Assembly: GCF_009914755.1 (NCBI RefSeq)
Contig: NC_060933.1
Source of the DNA: the human T2T-CHM13v2.0 reference genome, Homo sapiens
Length of the DNA stretch: 64,000 nucleotides
Strand: one strand, 5' to 3'
Part shown: in pieces, positions 53,125 through 64,000 of the stretch
Position numbering within the stretch: the first letter of the stretch is position 1
Layout: each line of letters starts with the position of its first letter
Notes under the pieces: model-generated
What the model was told of the DNA's origin: nothing
Seen by the model: only the letters and a program-made list of their open reading frames with translations
The model's database searches: none
Position numbers and translations under genes: made by a program

Positions 53125-53564
53125 TTCTAGAACAATGGTTTCCAAAAGGTTGTGTACTCAGAGCAGTACCCTCCCATACGTGCATATTTATTTATAAATT
53201 CTGTATACATCCTACTGCACTAACACAAAAGTGAAACACAAAAGAGGGAAAATTGACATAGAAAATCATATTTCTTTGTTCATTCAGTTGGAGCATCTTG
53301 CTATCCCCTGGGTACGCACACTCACCTTAGTGATAGAATTAGAAACTAGTGATGGAGAGAATTTTGAAATACATTTTTCTTGACAAAAGTGATCACATTT
53401 CTAAGAGTAGACCTTGGTGTTTTGATGATTTTTTTGCGTTCCAAGACATAGAACAGCTATAATATGTTAAGAGCTGATAGCAAAGACAAGAAAAACAAGC
53501 CTTGAATATAATTGTTTTATGCAATCAATACGGTGACACAGTCACTCTGCACCCTTTGGGGCTT

Positions 53565-53780
53565 ATTTGAGCAGTCCTATGTGCCAGGTGCTAAGCTAGC
53601 ACTCACAGTGTTTTATCTTATTTAATACTCACACAGCCCTCTGAGGTAAGTGATTATTGTTGCTGTTTTATAGCAGAGAGAATGGAGACTCAGTACGTTT
53701 CTTATTTAGTTAGTTGGTTAGATGGGGTGTAAACGTCATATCGGCCTATTTAAAAAGCCTTTGTCCTTAATGACTGCTAT
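53565..53780 (-). mobile_element. MIR
   Basis: tatgtgccaggtgctaagc...tttaatactcacacagccctctgaggtaag...tttatagcagagagaatggagactcag. Confidence 0.65.
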
Positions 53781-55624
53781 TTATTGCCTCATCAAATAAT
53801 AATCATTTTCAAAATTTTACTATTTATTTATTCTGTAATGACATCACACTGATGGAAAAATCCCTCTGGTTATAGTGAATGGGTTTGACATACTTCACCC
53901 AAACTGCTTCATCCTACCAAGAAGTTGCCAATGAAGGTAACTAGGCCTCTGTGCTGAGAGAGACTGTCATCTAATTTCAACAATATTGTTGGTTTCTAAG
54001 AGATTGCTTACTAGCCATAATGTACTAAGAATTCTCATTCATCTGAATAGTTATGTGCTCAAAACCTTCTTATTACTAAAACTCAGTCAGAGATGACAAG
54101 GTGAGCCAACTGCCTAAGACTATTTCTATGTAAGAAGGACCTGATTTGTAAGGCAAATAGCTTTACTTGCTTTGCAAGGTTTTCTACAGATCCAAATCAG
54201 CCATAGAGAGCCTATCCATATACCTCATTCAGAAGTGAAAGGTTCAAATACAAACACTGACATTTATGTGACAAGGAAGGCCTTAGAGTTATAAACCATG
54301 GTTCCACAGTTTAGGAGAGAAGACTATTAGCACTTTTTAAAAACTTTTATTTCAAAATAAATGATGCATCAATGTAAGTGCGTGGCAATTATAACCAGTG
54401 CATTGATATTCAGACTGAGGATTCTCTCAATAAAACTTGGCCAGTTAATCATGAACTATAAATCAAGAGTAAGAGAATATGTTCAATGAAGAATATTGGG
54501 AATAGGAGTGCAGATAAATCTAAAAACAATGAGACCAGAAAATAGGGTGATGAGATCCATATTTTGAATAAAAAATAAGACATATTGTGACAGATATTTC
54601 TGCTTTCAAACATTCTTTTTGTCAGGTTGTCCTGGAAAACTTAGGGCAATGATTTCTGTCACTTCAGACATTACTCCTACTTAAACTGTGGTACATTTCA
54701 CCATTATTGTTTTTTTTTCTCCTGTGCTGTTTTACTTTCCCAATATTTTACCAGTGTCTTTTGGAGTCATTTTCAAAGTAAATAACCAACCTGCCACCCT
54801 TCATTTTATTTAATATGCCTTTTAAATACAAAATTCATACTGTATATGGCCTCCTCATTTATATAATTATCCTACCTCAATTATATTGAGATAGGATTTC
54901 TTTTTCAAAATATTTTAGTAGAGTTTATGACCTCAAAAATGCTGTCAAAGATATAAAAGCAGGTTATAAGAGCAGGAAATATTCTTATAGAAAACTGTTA
55001 TATTAAGAACAAGATGCTCTTAATTAGTAAACACATAATAGTAGATGTTTTTGCATTTTTTGCATAAATCAAACATTTAACTACACTACCTTCATAAAAT
55101 ATTTGAGAGTCAAAAAGTAGCCAATTTTCTGATAAGTTGCATGAAAGTAATTACTTAACAGCAATACAGAAACAGTCACCAGCCACGATTAAATGCTATG
55201 CCTTGCTTAATAAATGAAAACATAAGTACATACATAGAGACAAAACTTCTACCCTTAAGATCATTATACTACATGACAATTTTGGTACAAAATTCAGGCT
55301 TTTTTTTGTTTTATACTTTTGTTTTCAATGAAATTGTCAGTATTCTTTTGGCCACTTATAAATTCTTTTAATAAGTGAGTGTCTCTAATGTTTATTATTA
55401 TGATTAAGAAGACAATTACTTCTCTAACTTTAAAAATTTTTTTTATTAATGATCTAACAAAAAAAGATGGATTCAGAAAGAAAACTTCAGTAGAGATCAA
55501 TGTCTAAATGTCACCTGTGCTATAAGTAGAAAAATACTTTTTGATTGTCCAGCATCCCAAATGTCCTTTTTCTTTTTAGGAGAAATCCCTTATTGTATGT
55601 GCTGCTGTGGTAATTCTATGCTCT

Positions 55625-56245
55625 GTATCTCTGTTTGAATTATCTCAGAAGCAAACTGAGAGACAATAAGTTACTTGCAAGGAGTTTACTTTGAAAATGA
55701 CTCCAAAAGACACTGGTAAAATGGCAGGAAAGTAAAACAGCAAAGGAGAAAAAAACAACAAATGCTGCATTATCAAGCGAGTCATCACTGTAGGCAACAG
55801 GAGCTTAATCCTTATGAGAAACTCTGGGAAACAGCCTATAACACAACTCTCAGGGTTTCCACACCAGAAGGATGAGGAAGCTGGGGAACTTAAACATTAA
55901 CACTGTGATGGTTAATGTTACATGTCAACTTGACTAGACTATGGTGCCCACATGTTTGGTTAAACACCAGTCTAGATATTGCTGTGCAGGTATATTTTTA
56001 GATATGACTAATGTTTAAATCACTAGATTTTGAATACAGCAGATTACCCTCCATAATGTCACTGGGCTTTACCCAGTGAGTTGCTAAGGACTTAAGAGAA
56101 ATTGACTGCCTGCAGACTGCTTCCAGGCTCAAGCTGAAATGTCAGCTCTATCCTGGATCTCCAGCCTGCCCCACAGATTTCGGATTTGTGAAATCCTGTG
56201 AACCAACTTACTAAAATATCTCTTCTCTCTGTCTGTCTCTGTCTT

Positions 56246-56277
<32 letters not shown>

Positions 56278-56400
56278 GCCTTTTGGTTTGGCTTCTCTGG
56301 ATAGCCCTGACTAATACAAATACCCTTGGTTGAGGGCTCCCTCAGGCTAAGGGGTGCAGGTGCTGACAATAGAAAGTGTGGAGGCTTGCAGTGAAATGAG
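55625..56400 (-). mobile_element. ERVL-type LTR (LTR33/LTR16-like) split by MLT2
   Basis: tctcagaagcaaactgagagac...cactgtaggcaacaggagct...gaggaagctgggg | ccttggttgagggct; subfamily and right end uncertain. Confidence 0.55.
55904..56318 (+). mobile_element. MLT2 (MLT2D-like) ERVL solo LTR with internal (CA)n
   Basis: tgtgatggttaat...gtcaacttgact...ccctgactaataca; 5-bp TSD aacac/aatac. Confidence 0.88.
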
Positions 56401-57179
56401 AGGAGGGAATAGTGGCAGGCCACCAATAGTGGCTGTTATACTTTGCCTACCACTGCTGAAGACCAAAAGGGATGAGCCAAAACAATCAGCGGCTAGGGAC
56501 AGTGGCTTCCAGGGAGTCAGTGGTGGAGTCTATTTATGCAGGAGTCTTATGTCAATAGCAGTGTCTTGGTCTGACCAGGCCTCTTACAAAGTGATTGGGT
56601 CCTTGGACTCCCAGAGCAGCCTCATTCTCACCTATTCCTTAATTTCTATTTGCTAGTTTCCTATCAGTTCTATGAGCTATCAGTTGCCTTCCAATGAATT
56701 CCAGTCTTTAAAACTAATGACCAGAAACTATGGTTGTTCATTGCAGTAGGGAACTTTGGTATTTATGCTTTTCTAAAACATTTTGATCATTCATTACTGC
56801 TCCTAGCTCATATTTAACGCATTCACTTTCGATTTTTAGAGTCTGAATGTTTTAGCCTAGATTATCTTATTTAGGCATAAATCGTTATGTTTAGTAATTT
56901 TTTTGAGATATAGGACAGAAACAGATACTAATGTACATTTTATCAGGAAGTGGCAACACTTTAAACCATGGCAGTAAACATGGCAGTGTGTTCGTTTGTT
57001 CATTCAATTACAATTTGTTAAAGCATTACTACAGTAATGAGTATTTGGAATATGACAGCGAATTACACCAAGTCCTTGTCCTTACAAAGTTTAGTTTAGA
57101 GTGGAAAAAGATTTAAAAAATGATGAAAACAATAACAACAACAAAAACCACAGCATTCTACCATCAGGGAAGAGAGCAT

Positions 57180-57594
57180 AATTTTAAAGGGTTGAATGAA
57201 ACATTAATTAAACAAATGAGGTATTTCAGCAGAGATGAATAGCATTTTTTACAGTCTCAATTGAGACACTAGAAATTAAAAAACAAATCAGAGTTTTTTG
57301 TAAAAAAAGTTTTTTTCTAGGGCCCATGCACAGACTGTACGTTGCCAAGAGGGCAAACATCAGTAAATTTGAAAATAGTTTGAGAGAAATTATTCAAACT
57401 GAAACAAACCCAGGAAAAAAGAACTTTATAAACATGAAAGACGAAGAAACGAAGAGGAAAGGAAGAGGAAAAAGAAAAAGGATACGAAGTGCAAGTATAC
57501 TTCAGGATCAAACTGCTGAAAATCAAAGATAAAAAGGAAATATTAAAGGTAGCCAGAGAAACGCAACAGGAAGAAAGAAAAGAATTACCATAGA
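57180..57594 (+). mobile_element. Old L1M ORF1 fragment (left part of the host of the L1PA2)
   Basis: gaaattattcaaactgaaa...aaactgctgaaaatcaaagataaaaaggaaatattaaaggtagccagagaa. Confidence 0.65.
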
Positions 57595-58499
57595 GGGAAC
57601 GGAGGAGCCAAGATGGCCGAATAAGCTCCGGTCTACAGCTCCCAGCGTGAGCGACGCAGAAGACGGGTGATTTCTGCATTTCCATCTGAGGTACCGGGTT
57701 CATCTCACTAGGGAGTGCCAGACAGTGGGCGCAGGTCAGTGGGTGCGCGCACCGTGCGCGAGCTGAAGCAGGGCGAGGCATTGCCTCACTCGGGAAGAGC
57801 AAGGGGTCAGGGAGTTCCCTTTCCTAGTCAGAGAAAGGGGTGACAGACAACACCTGGAAAATCAGGCCACTCCCACCCGAATACTGCGCTTTTCCGACTG
57901 GCTTAAAAAACGGCGCACCACGAGATTATATCCGGCACCTGGCTCGGAGGGTCCTACAACCACGGAGTCTCGCTGATTGCTAGCACAGCAGTCTGAGATC
58001 AAACTGCAAGGCAGCAGCGAGGCTGGGGGAGGGGCGCCCGCCATTGCCCAGGCTTGCTTAGGTAAACAAAGCAGCCGGGAAGCTCGAACTGGGTGGAGCC
58101 CACCACAGCTCAAGGAGGCCTGCCTGCCTCTGTAGGCTCCACCTCTGGGGGCAGGGCACAGACAAACAAAAAGACAGCAGTAACCTCTGCAGACTTAAAT
58201 GTCCCTGTCTGACAGCTTTGAAGAGAGCAGTGGTCCTCCCAGCACGCAGCTGGAGATCTGAGAAGGGGCAGACTGCCTCCTCAAGTGGGTGCCTGACCCC
58301 TGACCCCCGAGCAGCCTAACTGGGAGGCACCCCCCAACAGGGGCACACTGACACCTCACATGGCAGGGTACTCCCACAGACCCGCAGCTGAGGGTACTGT
58401 CTGTTAGAAGGAAAACTAACAAACAGAAAAGACATCCACACCAAAAACCCATCTGTACATCACCATCATCAAAGACCAAAAGTAGATAAAACCACAAAG
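57595..58499. promoter_or_regulatory. L1 5'UTR: CpG-rich sense promoter (YY1 site caagatggcc) and antisense promoter
   Basis: Canonical primate L1 5'UTR sequence; bidirectional promoter activity is established for this family but not shown for this copy. Confidence 0.8.
57862..58044 (-). CDS. L1 ORF0, truncated to 60 aa by a premature TGA
   Basis: MAGAPPPASLLPCSLISDCCASNQRDSV...RVGVA* within ORF-track entry 57862..58113. Confidence 0.7.
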   Translation of the reverse strand: MAGAPPPASLLPCSLISDCCASNQRDSVVVGPSEPGAGYNLVVRRFLSQSEKRSIRVGVA

Positions 58500-59516
58500 A
58501 TGGGGAAAAAACAGAACAGAAAAACTGGAAACTCTAAAAAGCAGAGCACCTCTCCTCCTCCAAAGGAACGCAGTTCCTCACCAGCAATGGAACAAAGCTG
58601 GACGGAGAATGACTTTGACGAGCTGAGAGAAGAAGGCTTCAGACGATCAAATTACTCTGAGCTATGGGAGGACATTCAAACCAAAGGCAAAGAAGTTGAA
58701 AACTTTGAAAAAAATTTAGAAGAATGTATAACTAGAATAACCAATACAGAGAAGTGCTTAAAGGAGCTGATGGAGCTGAAAACCAAGGCTCGAGAACTAC
58801 GTGAAGAATGCAGAAGCCTCAGGAGCCGATACGATCAACTGGAAGAAAGGGTATCAGCGATGGGAGATGAAATGAATGAAATGAAGCAAGAAGGGAAGTT
58901 TAGAGAAAAAAGAATGAAAAGAAATGAGCAAAGCCTCCAAGAAATATGGGACTATGTGAAAAGACCAAATCTACGTCTGATTGGTGTACCTGAAAGTGAT
59001 GGGGAGAATGGAACCAAGTTGGAAAACACTCTGCAGGATATTATCCAGGAGAACTTCCCCAATCTAGCAAGGCAGGCCAACGTTCAGATTCAGGAAATAC
59101 AGAGAACGCCACAAAGATACTCCTCTAGAAGAGCAACTCCAAGACACATAATTGTCAGATTCACCAAAGTTGAAATGAAGGAAAAAATGTTAAGGGCAGC
59201 CAGAGAGAAAGGTCGGGTTACCCTCAAAGGGAAGCCCATCAGACTAACAGCGGATCTTTCGCCAGAAACCCTACAAGCCAGAAGAGAGTGGGGGCCGATA
59301 TTCAACATTCTTAAAGAAAACAATTTTCAACCCAGAATTTCATATCCAGCCAAACTAAGCTTCATAAGAGAAGGAGAAATAAAATACTTTACAGACAAGC
59401 AAATGCTGAGAGATTTTGTCACCACCAGGCCTGCCCTAAAAGAGCTCCTGAAGGAAGCGCTAAACATGGAAAGGAACAACCGGTACCAGCTGCTGCAAAA
59501 TCATGCCAAAATGTAA
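58500..59516 (+). CDS. L1 ORF1p, intact, 338 aa
   Basis: Full-length ORF; REKG, ARR and YPAKLS motifs present. Confidence 0.9.
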   Translation: MGKKQNRKTGNSKKQSTSPPPKERSSSPAMEQSWTENDFDELREEGFRRSNYSELWEDIQTKGKEVENFEKNLEECITRITNTEKCLKELMELKTKARELREECRSLRSRYDQLEERVSAMGDEMNEMKQEGKFREKRMKRNEQSLQEIWDYVKRPNLRLIGVPESDGENGTKLENTLQDIIQENFPNLARQANVQIQEIQRTPQRYSSRRATPRHIIVRFTKVEMKEKMLRAAREKGRVTLKGKPIRLTADLSPETLQARREWGPIFNILKENNFQPRISYPAKLSFIREGEIKYFTDKQMLRDFVTTRPALKELLKEALNMERNNRYQLLQNHAKM

Positions 59517-59564
59517 AGACCATCGAGACTAGGAAGAAACTGCATCAACTAACGAGCAAAATAA

Positions 59565-63406
<3,842 letters not shown>

Positions 63407-63644
63407 ACAATGAGATCACATGGACACAGGAAGGGGAACATCACACTCTGGGGACTGTTGTGGGGGAGGGGGGAAGGATAGCATTGGGAGATATACCTAA
63501 TGCTAGATGACAAGTTAATGGGTGCAGTGCACCAGCATTGCACATGTATACATATGTAACTAACCCGCACAATGTGCACATGTACCCTAAAACTTAAAGT
63601 ATAATAATAAAAGAAAAAAAACTTAAAAAAAGAATCACCATAGA

Positions 63645-64000
63645 CTTCATATTGTAAATTATGCAAGCTGAAAGACAATGCGTAGATGTCTAAAATAAAC
63701 AAAAACTTTCAACCCAGAATGTTATACCCAGCAATAACATCTTTCGACTATGAAGGTGAAATAAAGACTTTTTCAGCAAACAAAAGCTAAGATAAATCAG
63801 TTCTGGCAACCTGAATTATAAGAAACGTTAAGCAATGTTTTTCAGACAGAAGGAATATGATACCTCATACAAATATGAATCTAAACAAAGAAAGGAAGAG
63901 TGCTGAAAATGATTGAAAATGAGGGCAAATAATAAAGAAATATTTTCTTACTTTTAATCCCTTTATACAATAATTTATTATCTAAGGCAAAAATAATAAC
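63645..64000 (+). mobile_element. Old L1M ORF1 fragment (right part of the host)
   Basis: caacccagaatgttatacccagc...gaaggtgaaataaagactttttcag. Confidence 0.7.

Overview
Primate (very likely human) AT-rich, repeat-dense intergenic DNA with no spliced protein-coding gene that I can support. The central feature is a full-length processed CDC20 retrocopy (CDC20P1, 27258-28906, +) with a 14-bp TSD and a poly(A) tail; from memory it lies at chr9q21.33 near GAS1, unverified. Its Met1 ATG has become CTG, but the frame stays open for 497 codons, so the first AUG is Met43. The 455-aa ORF therefore matches the checkpoint-resistant M43 translational isoform of CDC20. The C-box, KEN, KILR and IR motifs are intact, while the CRY box, the D-box and KEN receptor residues and several WD40 histidines are altered. 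The window ends in a full-length L1PA2-like element (57595-63627): ORF1 intact, ORF0 truncated, ORF2 with intact endonuclease but dead RT. Its antisense promoter points back across a 38-nt U1 snRNA fragment, which reads as a perfect 5' splice site on that strand, and across CDC20P1. The rest is Alu/FLAM, MIR, L2, old L1, MaLR/ERV solo LTRs, MER DNA transposons, microsatellites, a 120-bp tandem duplication and a perfect ER6 nuclear-receptor palindrome. Repeat subfamily calls and the CDC20 comparison rely on recalled consensus and parent sequences, not on a run alignment.
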